A stretch of 64,000 bases of DNA, taken from the NCBI GenBank assembly GCA_945883805.1, contig CAMCYE010000003.1, forward strand, positions 25,859 to 89,858, in the 5' to 3' direction. Positions 26,052-34,785 of this stretch are shown here, in pieces. The stretch comes from Victivallis vadensis. Lineage in GTDB: Bacteria > Verrucomicrobiota > Lentisphaeria > Victivallales > GWF2-50-93. The position numbers were made by a program, and so were the translations under genes. Under the pieces are notes generated by a model. That model searched no databases and was not told the DNA's origin. It saw only the letters and a list, made by a program, of their open reading frames with translations. Position 1 is the stretch's first letter; each line of letters begins with the position of its first letter.

Positions 26052-26354
26052 ATGGATCTGACCGAATTAACCCAGTTTGTCAAAATATCCGAAGGCGGCA
26101 TTTCCATCGACTGCTGGATTCAGCCAAAAGCTTCTAAAACCGCTATTTCAGGGATTCACGGAACTTCAATTAAAATTACGGTCGCGGCGCAGCCGGAAGA
26201 CGGGAGGGCTAATGCGGAGTTGTGCACGTTCCTCAGTAAAAAACTTGGGATATCCAAGTCTTCAGTCCAAATAAAATCCGGACATGCCTCCAGAAGGAAA
26301 ATTGTTTTCTGCTCCGGCGCATCAAAGGAAAAACTTCTGGCCTGCGTCCAGTAG
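26052..26354 (+). CDS. DUF167 / YggU-family protein
   Basis: ISIDCWIQPKASKTAISGIHGTSIKITVAAQPEDGRANAELCTFLSKKLGISKSSVQIKSGHASRRK matches the YggU pattern (GKAN-type motif present as GRAN). Confidence 0.8.
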   Translation: MDLTELTQFVKISEGGISIDCWIQPKASKTAISGIHGTSIKITVAAQPEDGRANAELCTFLSKKLGISKSSVQIKSGHASRRKIVFCSGASKEKLLACVQ

Positions 26355-26364
26355 TGCCAATGAT

Positions 26365-26407
26365 AAATTCGAAATTCAAAGTTTTAAAAATTTCAAACAT
26401 TTGAGTT
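26365..26407 (+). repeat. TTCGAAAT-word module copy
   Basis: AAATTCGAAATTCAAAGTTTTAAAAATTTCAAACATTTGAGTT aligns with 25918-25965 and 33180-33214. Confidence 0.6.
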
Positions 26408-26545
26408 TTTTATCTTCTGATGTTTCGGATTTCGATATTATAGTCCGTTCCAATGCGGAAAAACTTTTTTTAAGTGCTATCCTATATCACCTGCAAAGAG
26501 CACGGCTGCAGAGTGCCGTGGCTATCCGCCGCGGCGGACTGTAGC

Positions 26546-26573
26546 CGCGTCACTCCGCTGACGCGTTTCTTTT
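26546..26573 (+). terminator. intrinsic-terminator-like hairpin 37 nt upstream of glmM
   Basis: CGCGTCA-CTCCGC-TGACGCG (7 bp stem) followed by TTTCTTTT. It is preceded by two further GC hairpins at 26500-26522 and 26525-26538. Confidence 0.5.
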
Positions 26574-26609
26574 CCAATGAATGCAACTCGGTATAAAATG
26601 GAGACTGAC

Positions 26610-27959
26610 ATGGGGAAATTATTTGGCACTGACGGAATACGCGGAAAGGCGAACACATATCCCATAACTCCTGAAATAGCCCTTCAGGTCGGGAAAGCTG
26701 TGGCTCATGTATTCAACGCAAAGGGACGAGGGCATTCAAGGGCCGTTGTGGGCAAGGATACAAGACTTTCGGGATATATGCTCGAGAATGCAATCGTGAG
26801 CGGACTCGTCAGCATGGGAATGGACGTATATTCTGTCGGTCCAATGCCGACTCCTGCTGTCGCCCATCTAACGAAATCCTTCTGCGCCACTTGCGGAATC
26901 ATGATAACCGCATCACACAACACATCCGAAGACAATGGGATTAAAATATTTGACGGGAACGGCTTCAAGCTTCCGGATGAAACGGAAAATGACATTGAGT
27001 CGCATATCCTCGGGGGAGAAATAAACAGCGCCCACATAGGAACAGAATTTCTCGGAAAGGCGTTCAGGATAGACGACGCCAGAGGACGTTATATCGAATT
27101 CGCAAAAGCCTCGATAAAAAACCGCAGCCTCAAGGGACTGAAAATAGTGCTTGACTGCGCCCATGGCGCCGGTTATTTCATCTCTCCTATAATCTTCAGG
27201 GAGCTTGGAGCTGAAGTCATAAAATCCTCTACCGAACCGGACGGTTTCAACATCAACCAGGACTGTGGGGCGACCCATCCTGAAAATATTTCAAAACTTG
27301 TGCTTCACCACAAGGCTGATGTGGGAATCGCCCTTGACGGTGACGGGGACAGGGTGATCTTCTGTGATTCACAGGGTAGAGTTGTCAACGGCGACCGCAT
27401 CCTCGGTCTTTGCGCCCTTGATTACAAGGAAAGGGGGAGACTGGCGAAAAACACCATTGTTGTCACCTCCATGAGCAATCTCGGACTGACTAAGGCCATG
27501 GAAAAGGCGGGTGTCAATGTGGTTGTCACGGATGTGGGCGACCGTTATGTCGTGGAGAAGATGAGGAGTGACGGATACAATATCGGCGGCGAACAGTCGG
27601 GACATGTGATCTTCATGGATTACGTGACCACGGGAGACGGGACGATTACCGCCCTCCATGTCCTGAAACTCATGATGGACAAGAAGAAGTCGCTTGCGGA
27701 ACTCGCAGGTTTCATGGAAGAATTTCCACAACTGCTCTCAAGCATAAAGGTCAAGGAGAAAAAGCCTATTGACCAGATTCCAAGTCTCTGCAAAGCCATC
27801 TCCGAATGTGAGAAGGCCCTCGGCAATGACGGGCGCGTGATTGTCCGTTATTCAGGGACTGAAAACAAGATCAGGCTTTTGATAGAGGCAATAAACCAGA
27901 AGGACGTGGAAACATGGACTGCGAAAATAAAATCCGTCATAGATAAGGAACTCTGCTGA
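26610..27959 (+). CDS. glmM: phosphoglucosamine mutase
   Basis: MGKLFGTDGIRGKAN, active-site ITASHNTSEDNGIKIF, ALDGDGDRV and GGEQSGH. GGAG lies 8 nt upstream of ATG 26610. Confidence 0.95.
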   Translation: MGKLFGTDGIRGKANTYPITPEIALQVGKAVAHVFNAKGRGHSRAVVGKDTRLSGYMLENAIVSGLVSMGMDVYSVGPMPTPAVAHLTKSFCATCGIMITASHNTSEDNGIKIFDGNGFKLPDETENDIESHILGGEINSAHIGTEFLGKAFRIDDARGRYIEFAKASIKNRSLKGLKIVLDCAHGAGYFISPIIFRELGAEVIKSSTEPDGFNINQDCGATHPENISKLVLHHKADVGIALDGDGDRVIFCDSQGRVVNGDRILGLCALDYKERGRLAKNTIVVTSMSNLGLTKAMEKAGVNVVVTDVGDRYVVEKMRSDGYNIGGEQSGHVIFMDYVTTGDGTITALHVLKLMMDKKKSLAELAGFMEEFPQLLSSIKVKEKKPIDQIPSLCKAISECEKALGNDGRVIVRYSGTENKIRLLIEAINQKDVETWTAKIKSVIDKELC

Positions 27960-28867
27960 TGAAACTTAAAATAATATCTTCCGATAAAATCAAGTCTCTT
28001 TACCCCCTCACATGCACAAGGAAGATTTCGGAATGTCCCGTCGGCACTTCCACATTGGGGGCCGAACTTGAAAAACGGATTTCAAAAGTCCTCAAGTCCA
28101 TGAAAGATGAAGTCACTCTCTGCGTCTGCGAAGATTTTTGGCCGTCCCTAGATCTTGTCTCATTGCTCTGCGAAATCCGCAACGAGGCGGTCGTCTACTT
28201 CGGGGAAAATAAAAAAGTGGTCGCCTGGATTTCCTCTGATGGCAATATTCCAAAAAAGGCCGAATGGATTCCAGCAGATCCAAAATCCCACATAATCAGT
28301 GCGCCATGGCATCTTCTGTCAGTGAATGAAGACATTGTCGGATCAATAAAAAAGAGCGTCATCAACGGCGAAGTCCGCAAAGGGGTGACGGTTGAGGGCA
28401 ATATAGTTGTCGGAAAAGGGACCGTGATCCTGCCCGGAGTTTACATTGACGGAAACGTTGTTTTCGGGGAAGACTGCAAAATCGGACCGAACTGCTATTT
28501 CAGGGGCAATACGTTCATCGGGAACAAATGTCATGTAGGACAGGCCGTGGAAATAAAAAATTCGATCCTGATGGAAAAAGTCAGTGCCGGACATCTGAGT
28601 TATGTCGGGGATTCCATAATCGGAGCTTTTTCAAATTTAGGAGCGGGCACTATAACCGCGAATTTCCGCCACGACGGGAAAAACCACCGGTCTATGCTGA
28701 ACGGTGAACTCGTTGACACCGGTCGCAGGAAGCTCGGTGTCATTATGGGTGACAATGTACATACCGGAATCCATACAAGCATCTATCCCGGCCGCAAAAT
28801 CTGGCCGGAAATGTCAACCCTCCCCGGCGACATAGTGATCAAGGATTTGATGCCGTGCAAAAAATAA
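27959..28867 (+). CDS. GlmU-like left-handed beta-helix acetyltransferase with degenerate N-terminal nucleotidyltransferase domain
   Basis: Hexapeptide repeats run through VEGNIVVGKGTVILPGVYIDGNVVFGEDCKIGPNCYFRGNTFIGNKCHVGQAVEIKNSIL...SYVGDSIIGAFSNLGAGTITANF. The N-terminus (IISSDKIKSLYPLTCTRK) lacks the LAAGxGTR signature. TGATG overlap with glmM. Confidence 0.65.
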   Translation: MKLKIISSDKIKSLYPLTCTRKISECPVGTSTLGAELEKRISKVLKSMKDEVTLCVCEDFWPSLDLVSLLCEIRNEAVVYFGENKKVVAWISSDGNIPKKAEWIPADPKSHIISAPWHLLSVNEDIVGSIKKSVINGEVRKGVTVEGNIVVGKGTVILPGVYIDGNVVFGEDCKIGPNCYFRGNTFIGNKCHVGQAVEIKNSILMEKVSAGHLSYVGDSIIGAFSNLGAGTITANFRHDGKNHRSMLNGELVDTGRRKLGVIMGDNVHTGIHTSIYPGRKIWPEMSTLPGDIVIKDLMPCKK

Positions 28868-29316
28868 AAATCAGGAAAGCCAAATCTGCAGATGCCGGAT
28901 CAATCGCGGATTTTAATATCGCGATGGCATTGGAAACGGAAGGCAGGGAACTTTCACCGGCCAATATTGGGCCGGGGGTGCTGGCGTTGTTCAGCAAACC
29001 CGAATATGGGTTTTACGTCGTTGCGGAAATTGAAGGGCTGGTCGCAGGATCTTTAATGGTCACATATGAATGGAGCGACTGGAGGAACGGCCTTTTCTGG
29101 TGGATCCAGAGCGTCTATGTAAGGCCTGAGTTCAGACGCAAAGGTGTTTATCGCGCAATGTTCTCATACGTTAAGGAACTTGCGGGGAAGGATCCCGGAA
29201 TCTGCGGTTGCCGCCTCTATGTTGAACAGGACAATACCGTAGCTCAGAAAACTTATAAAAGTCTTGGCATGGAAGAAACCCACTACAGATTGTTTGAGGA
29301 GATTTTTCATGAGTGA
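28855..29316 (+). CDS. GNAT-family N-acetyltransferase
   Basis: WIQSVYVRPEFRRKGVYRAMFSYV (acetyl-CoA-binding R/Q-x-x-G-x-A/G-type motif). GTG start overlaps the upstream gene by 13 nt. Confidence 0.8.
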   Translation: MQKIKIRKAKSADAGSIADFNIAMALETEGRELSPANIGPGVLALFSKPEYGFYVVAEIEGLVAGSLMVTYEWSDWRNGLFWWIQSVYVRPEFRRKGVYRAMFSYVKELAGKDPGICGCRLYVEQDNTVAQKTYKSLGMEETHYRLFEEIFHE

Positions 29317-30076
29317 ATTGAAAGATAAAGTCGCCCTTGTCACCGGTGGCGCACAGGGAATCGGAAAGGGCATTGCAAAGCATTTTCTCGGACTCGGGAT
29401 GCGGGTTGTCATTGCGGATATTGACGAAGAGGCCGGGCGGGAAACTTTGGAAGAATTGAAAGGACTTGACGAATTGAAATTTGTCAAGACAGATGTGAGC
29501 AACGAATCCGAAGCTAAAAACGCTGTGGAGAAGACAGTCGGATATTTCGGTGGCATTTACGCCCTGATAAATGATGCGGGAATCGCAAATCCTGGAAGCA
29601 CCGCTCCTGATGAACTGAACCTGGAATCCTGGAACAGAGTCATCGGAGTCAACCTCACAGGTAGCTTCCTTATGGCGAAATTCGCTATCCCTCATCTGAA
29701 AAAATCCAGAGGTTCGATAGTCAACATCTCTTCAACGAGATCAATCCAGTCCGAACCCAATACCGAAGCCTACGCCGCCACCAAAGGCGGCATCCTGGCG
29801 CTTACACACGCACTGGCCATCAGTCTCAGCGGAAAGGTGAGGGTTAATTGCATAAGCCCCGGCTGGATTGATGTCGGTGATATGAAGAAAAAAAGCACAG
29901 GGAAAAAATACGAGCTGACCCTTGCCGACCATGAACAGCATCCGGCGGGACGTGTCGGAAAACCCGAGGACATCGCGGAAATGGCGGCGTTTCTGATTTC
30001 AGAGAAAGCCGGATTCATCACCGCGCAGAATTTCATTGTGGACGGCGGCATTACGAAGAAGATGATCTACTTATAA
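29309..30076 (+). CDS. short-chain dehydrogenase/reductase (SDR)
   Basis: VALVTGGAQGIGKG, NDAGI, SSTRS...YAATKGG (YxxxK) and ISPGWI. GAGGAG lies upstream of ATG 29309. Confidence 0.9.
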   Translation: MSELKDKVALVTGGAQGIGKGIAKHFLGLGMRVVIADIDEEAGRETLEELKGLDELKFVKTDVSNESEAKNAVEKTVGYFGGIYALINDAGIANPGSTAPDELNLESWNRVIGVNLTGSFLMAKFAIPHLKKSRGSIVNISSTRSIQSEPNTEAYAATKGGILALTHALAISLSGKVRVNCISPGWIDVGDMKKKSTGKKYELTLADHEQHPAGRVGKPEDIAEMAAFLISEKAGFITAQNFIVDGGITKKMIYL

Positions 30077-30094
30077 ATTTTGCGGACGCAAAAT

Positions 30095-30676
30095 TTATTT
30101 CCAAACGGTGATCTCTTCAGGCTTGAATTTCGGGACGTGGATTACGTCCTTGTCATCAAGATAGTATTTGGTTGAATCGTTACTGCCGATATCTTCCTGG
30201 ACTGGACTTTCATCCGGATATCCGACCGCCACAAGATACATGACCGCTGTGTCTGAACCCAATGCTAAAATTGAATTGACATCTTCCTTGAAACTGCCAA
30301 TCCAGCAGGTGCCAAGGCCAAGCTCAACAGCTTTTAAGAGAATGTTTTGTATTGCAGCGCCTGCATCGGCATAGATGTGCTTAAAATTTTTCACAGATTC
30401 TGCTGGTGCAAGCACTGCAATGAAAGCAAGAGGAGCATCTTTGAGCCATTCGGGACTTCTTTTCGGTTTGACAGACCCGCCCCAGCCGGTCTGGAAAAAC
30501 ACTTTCTCGACAGTTTCCGGAGTTCTTATGACAATGTAGCGGAGCTGCTGCATGTTTGAGGCGGAAGGTGCGAATCTCGCAGAATCTATGAGGTCCAGGA
30601 GAAGTTTATCTCCTACAGGTTTCTGTTTATATCTGCGAATGGTGCGTCGGTTCCTGATGGCGTCTGAAAGATTCAT
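30095..30676 (-). CDS. nitroreductase family protein
   Basis: IRNRRTIRRYKQKPV, APSASNMQQLRYIV and LGTCWIG. Confidence 0.85.
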   Translation of the reverse strand: MNLSDAIRNRRTIRRYKQKPVGDKLLLDLIDSARFAPSASNMQQLRYIVIRTPETVEKVFFQTGWGGSVKPKRSPEWLKDAPLAFIAVLAPAESVKNFKHIYADAGAAIQNILLKAVELGLGTCWIGSFKEDVNSILALGSDTAVMYLVAVGYPDESPVQEDIGSNDSTKYYLDDKDVIHVPKFKPEEITVWK

Positions 30677-30694
30677 GTTTAATTTCCTTTTAAA

Positions 30695-30733
30695 TTTTCT
30701 TCCCGGTCGCTTTGAAAGCGACCGGGAAGAAAA
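30695..30733. terminator. perfect 12-bp hairpin between two minus-strand genes
   Basis: TTTT-CTTCCCGGTCGC-TTTGAAA-GCGACCGGGAAG-AAAA. Symmetric T/A flanks. It lies 9 nt downstream of the stop of the 30742-32568 gene. Confidence 0.55.
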
Positions 30734-30741
30734 TTATGAAG

Positions 30742-32568
30742 TCATCGGATCACATCAAGCGCGGTCTGGACGTTGCCGAACGGGGCGCTGACCTGGATTC
30801 CTCTGATGTATTTGCGGATCTTTTCTATGGATTCTTTTGCGATGAGAATTCCTTCGAGGCGTTGCTCCTCTTTGGTTTTTGCCTTTGACATGCGTTCCAT
30901 GATCGAATCGGGAACCACTACGCCCGGAACTTCATTCTTCATGAATTCGGCGTTGCGGTAACTCGACAGCGGCCAGATTCCGGCAATAACGGGAATATTG
31001 AGGTCGCTTATTTTTCCAATGAATGAAATCAGCGGTTCCACTGCGAAGACCGGCTGTGTGATGATGAACTCGGCGCCGGCCTCGGCTTTTTCACGTGTCC
31101 TGCGAAGTTCGCGTTCAATGTCGATCGCATTGGGATCGGCTCCCACACCTATCAGAGCCCTCGTGGGATCTTTTATCGCATTGCCGCCGATATCCACTCC
31201 GCGATTGAGCCTGCTCTGGATTTTCGCCATCCCGACCGAATCGGCATCAAATACTGCTGAAGCGAAAGGATAATCTCCAAGTTTAGGAGGATCTCCTGTT
31301 ATGAAAAGGATGTTGTTTATCTTAAGGGCCGCGCAACCGAGCAGGTCCGACTGCATTCCAATCAGGTTGCGGTCGCGGCAGCAGAAGTGGAGTATGGTTT
31401 CTATCCCGGCCCCTTCCTGGATTTTTGAAGCTGTCACGATCGGGGACATCCTCGCGCTGGCCCTCGGCCCGTCGGGAATGTTTATGGCGTCAATCCCGAA
31501 GGCTTTGCACTGCTTCGCCTTTTCAATTATAGGATCGAGATCGTATCCTTTCGGCGGGACAATTTCAATGGTGGCTATCCATTCGCCTTTTGCGAACTTC
31601 GCACCGAGCCGAGATTTTTCGGCAAGTGGCACCGGTTCTTTAAGATGTTCCCGGTGTTCCTTGACAGTAATCTTTTCGAAGGACGCGGTCTTTGCGAGCG
31701 GACGGATACTGCGGGAGATGTCCCTGATATGTTCAGGCGAAGTTCCGCAGCAGCCTCCGATTCCGCGTACGCCAAGATTGACAAACCGTATTGCGTAAGT
31801 TGTGAAATATTCGGGGCTGGCCATATAAATCAGGCGGCCTTCGACATTTTTCGGCATGCCGGCATTCGGCTGGACGATTATCGGAAGATCGGTCAGGTTT
31901 GCAAACCTCTCAACAGAGGAGAGCATTCCTTCCGGACCGGCTCCGCAGTTAAGCCCTATCGCAGCAGGCTTCCTTCCGCCAGTCCTGAAAACATTGAGAA
32001 GGCTCTGGATAGGTTCGCCTTTGAGGGATTCAGAATTCTCGTCCAGCGTAAAACTAAGGACATAGGGAAGCTTAGAGTTTTTATTTATCGCCGTAAATGC
32101 GAATTCCGCATCCGCCATCGAGGGAAGTGTCTCAAAAATAATAAAGTCTGCGCCTCCTTCCTCCAGTGCGGCAATCTGTTCGGCAAGCGTTTCCACAATG
32201 TGCTCCGGGGAATGGTTGCCGTGATGGTGTATTTTCCCGATAGGTCCGACGGAACCCGCTATAAGGGTGTTTTCATTTCCGCTCTCACGGGCCAGTCTTA
32301 CACCCGCCATGTTTATTTCACGGACTTTGTCGCCGAGTCCGAAGCGGGCTAGTTTATTCGAATTCGCGCCGAAAGTGTTGGTCGTGAGAACATCCGCGCC
32401 TGCCTCAAAGTATTCTTTGTGGATCTGGGAGATTACTTTCGGGGCGGTAAGGCAAAGTTCATCAAAACAGGTGTTTACAAAGAAATTCTTCTTGTAGATT
32501 TCAGTTCCCATTGCACCGTCGAATATTGTGATCTGCGATAAAAGCTTTTCTTTAAATTTGTCTGTCAT
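30742..32568 (-). CDS. bifunctional homocysteine S-methyltransferase domain / 5,10-methylenetetrahydrofolate reductase
   Basis: N-terminal Hcy-binding domain (ITIFDGAMGTEIY...TNTFGAN...GLNCGAGP...GGCCGTSPEHI, with the Zn-ligand Cys pair). C-terminal MTHFR fold (ATIEIVPPKG...ITQPVF). Confidence 0.85.
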   Translation of the reverse strand: MTDKFKEKLLSQITIFDGAMGTEIYKKNFFVNTCFDELCLTAPKVISQIHKEYFEAGADVLTTNTFGANSNKLARFGLGDKVREINMAGVRLARESGNENTLIAGSVGPIGKIHHHGNHSPEHIVETLAEQIAALEEGGADFIIFETLPSMADAEFAFTAINKNSKLPYVLSFTLDENSESLKGEPIQSLLNVFRTGGRKPAAIGLNCGAGPEGMLSSVERFANLTDLPIIVQPNAGMPKNVEGRLIYMASPEYFTTYAIRFVNLGVRGIGGCCGTSPEHIRDISRSIRPLAKTASFEKITVKEHREHLKEPVPLAEKSRLGAKFAKGEWIATIEIVPPKGYDLDPIIEKAKQCKAFGIDAINIPDGPRASARMSPIVTASKIQEGAGIETILHFCCRDRNLIGMQSDLLGCAALKINNILFITGDPPKLGDYPFASAVFDADSVGMAKIQSRLNRGVDIGGNAIKDPTRALIGVGADPNAIDIERELRRTREKAEAGAEFIITQPVFAVEPLISFIGKISDLNIPVIAGIWPLSSYRNAEFMKNEVPGVVVPDSIMERMSKAKTKEEQRLEGILIAKESIEKIRKYIRGIQVSAPFGNVQTALDVIR

Positions 32569-32622
32569 TGATATTCTTCTTTTCTGAATTATGGATTATT
32601 TGAAGTTCATATCTTATCACTT

Positions 32623-32661
32623 ATATTTTTTCATTCAAAATTTATTTGAATGAAAAAATAT
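32623..32661. promoter_or_regulatory. 39-bp palindrome (17-bp perfect arms, 5-nt spacer) in the Rrf2 / methionine-gene divergent region
   Basis: ATATTTTTTCATTCAAA-ATTTA-TTTGAATGAAAAAATAT, verified base by base. It lies 55 nt from the start of the 30742-32568 gene and 68 nt from the rrf2 start. Confidence 0.45.
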
Positions 32662-32728
32662 TATATCAGTTGCAGACAAGATTTTCCAATGTATACTTCG
32701 ATTATAAACAATAAAGGATATACTGGGA

Positions 32729-33163
32729 ATGAGACTGTCTACAAAATCAAGATACGGATTGAGAATACTTCTGCAGATTGCCATAGACAACCGCGACGGA
32801 AAAGCGGCTCAGGGCAAATCTATTTCAAAGAAACAGGAGATCTCGGAACCCTATCTGGAACAGATTATGATTCCCCTGAAAAACTCCGGACTTGTCAGGA
32901 CAACGCGCGGCTGCAACGGGGGATACTTCCTCAACAAGGATCCGAAGGACATAACTATCCTCAATGTCATAGAGCTTTTTGAAGGCGAGCTTAATCTGGT
33001 GGACTGCGTTTCCGAGGAAAAGAATTGTCCGAGAATTAAAAACTGCCAGACAAGCAATGTATGGAAAAAGATTGCAAGCTCTCTCAGAGATGCGGCTGAT
33101 GAGATAACCTTGGCGTCAATACTTGAAGAGCACAAGGGCAACGAACTGGAATATGCGATTTGA
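32729..33163 (+). CDS. Rrf2-family transcriptional regulator
   Basis: MRLSTKSRYGLRILLQIA...ISKKQEISEPYLEQIMIPLKNSGLVRTTRGCNGGYFL is an Rrf2 winged HTH. Cys residues (CVSEEKNCPRIKNC) are suggestive of a cluster-binding type. Confidence 0.9.
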   Translation: MRLSTKSRYGLRILLQIAIDNRDGKAAQGKSISKKQEISEPYLEQIMIPLKNSGLVRTTRGCNGGYFLNKDPKDITILNVIELFEGELNLVDCVSEEKNCPRIKNCQTSNVWKKIASSLRDAADEITLASILEEHKGNELEYAI

Positions 33164-33164
33164 A

Positions 33165-33214
33165 GCGGGCCCTGCCCGCAAATTCGAAATTCGAATTTTG
33201 AAACATTTGGAGTT
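33165..33214 (+). repeat. post-stop-codon module copy
   Basis: GCGGGCCCTGCCCGCAAATTCGAAATTCGAATTTTGAAACATTTGGAGTT begins 2 nt after TGA 33161-33163. Confidence 0.65.
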
Positions 33215-33286
33215 GCTGGTTTATCGTTTTTGATTTATATACGCTGAAAAAATGGAAAGTTAAAAAAAATAGAAAGGGTTTTCAAA

Positions 33287-34582
33287 ATGGGCAAATTAGG
33301 CGATTCGACAATAACTCTTCATGCAGGACAGGCGCCTGACCCGACTACCGGGGCAAGGGCCGTGCCCCTTTATCAGACGTCAAGCTATGTGTTCAAATCT
33401 GCGGAGCACGCGGCAAACCTGTTCGCCCTTAAAGAATTCGGAAATATCTATACGCGCCTCATGAACCCCACAACAGATGTCTGGGAGAAAAGGGTTGCCG
33501 CACTTGAAGGCGGTACCGGAGCGCTCGGGACATCCAGCGGAATGGCCGCTATTTTCCTGGCGATCACAAATGTCGCACAGGCCGGCGACCATATAATAAG
33601 TTCGTCTTCGCTATACGGCGGAACAGACACGCTATTCCGTTATACTTTCCCGCGTTTCGGAATCAGTGTCACATTCATTGACGATTTCACTCCGGAAAAT
33701 GTCAAAAAGGCGATAAAGCCGAACACCAAGCTCGTCTATGCGGAGACAATCGGGAATCCGAAAGGCGATGTGCCGGACATTGAAAACATTGCGAAGGTCG
33801 CACACGCGGAACGCCTGCCGTTTTTCATGGACAACACATTTGCACCAGTTCTCTGCAAACCCATTGAACACGGTGTTGATGTCGTAATTCATTCATGTAC
33901 AAAATGGATTGGCGGACACGGCACGTCGATTGGCGGAATCATTGTCGACAGCGGAAAATTCGACTGGTCAACCGGAAGGTTCCCCGAATTCACTACTCCT
34001 GATCCCAGCTATCACGGTGTCGTTTACTGGGACGCCCTCAAAAATGTGCCGGGAATGGGGAATGTCGCTTACATCATCAAGGCAAGAGTCCAGGGAATGA
34101 GGAACATAGGTTTCTGCCCAAGTCCGTTCAATTCCTTCCTGTTCATACAGGGACTGGAAACACTTCCACTGAGAATAAAAGCGCACGGTGGAAATTCTAT
34201 TGCGCTTGCGGAATATCTGAAAAAACACAAACTTGTCGAATGGGTCAGTTATACCGGACTGCAGGATCATCCCTACCACAATCTCGCCAAAAAATATCTG
34301 AAAGGCGGATTCGGCTCCGTATTCGGTTTCGGCGTGAAAGGCGGACACAAGGCGGCGACGAAGTTCATTGATTCGGTAAAACTCGCAAGCCATCTCGCCA
34401 ATGTGGGAGACGCCAAGACACTTGTCCTTCATCCCGCTTCGACAAGCCATCAGCAGATGAGTCCTGAAGCCCAGAAAGCGGCGGGAATCACTCCTGAATT
34501 CATCCGCGTCTCAGTCGGAATCGAGAATATCGAGGATATTATCGCCGACTTCGACCAAGCTCTCGTGAACTCGCAGAAGTAA
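33287..34582 (+). CDS. metY: O-acetylhomoserine sulfhydrylase (PLP-dependent)
   Basis: [29 protein letters not shown] (PLP lysine) and HPASTSH. Confidence 0.88.
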   Translation: MGKLGDSTITLHAGQAPDPTTGARAVPLYQTSSYVFKSAEHAANLFALKEFGNIYTRLMNPTTDVWEKRVAALEGGTGALGTSSGMAAIFLAITNVAQAGDHIISSSSLYGGTDTLFRYTFPRFGISVTFIDDFTPENVKKAIKPNTKLVYAETIGNPKGDVPDIENIAKVAHAERLPFFMDNTFAPVLCKPIEHGVDVVIHSCTKWIGGHGTSIGGIIVDSGKFDWSTGRFPEFTTPDPSYHGVVYWDALKNVPGMGNVAYIIKARVQGMRNIGFCPSPFNSFLFIQGLETLPLRIKAHGGNSIALAEYLKKHKLVEWVSYTGLQDHPYHNLAKKYLKGGFGSVFGFGVKGGHKAATKFIDSVKLASHLANVGDAKTLVLHPASTSHQQMSPEAQKAAGITPEFIRVSVGIENIEDIIADFDQALVNSQK

Positions 34583-34602
34583 CTGCCCGGAATATTTCAA
34601 CA

Positions 34603-34639
34603 GAAAGCCCGTCATGACAAAAAACATGATGGGCTTTTT
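34603..34639 (+). terminator. rho-independent terminator after metY
   Basis: AAAGCCCGTCATG-ACAAAAAA-CATGATGGGCTTT followed by TTT. The stem has one G.T pair. Confidence 0.7.
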
Positions 34640-34785
34640 TATGGAGTTGAGTTGAAAATTACAAGTTCAAAACAGACCTTCGGGTGGAAAAAAGTCGCAC
34701 TTGCAAAATCGCAGTTCGACACGATCGGCCCCGGCTCTTGAAAGTCGGGGAATTACCGCAATTTCCATTAATGTCAAAGTTTTCA

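Noticed and set aside
26284-26544. 86-aa ORF between yggU and glmM. The 93-aa ORF at 6307-6588 and the 61-aa ORF at 3950-4135 were considered in the same way.
   Set aside because: They run through repeat modules and GC hairpins or antisense to trpF. They have no RBS and give implausible low-complexity translations.
26470-26575. glmS-type ribozyme upstream of the amino-sugar genes.
   Set aside because: The sequence lacks the conserved glmS ribozyme core strings as I remember them, and it is only ~100 nt. It is reported instead as an unassigned structured leader or sRNA candidate.
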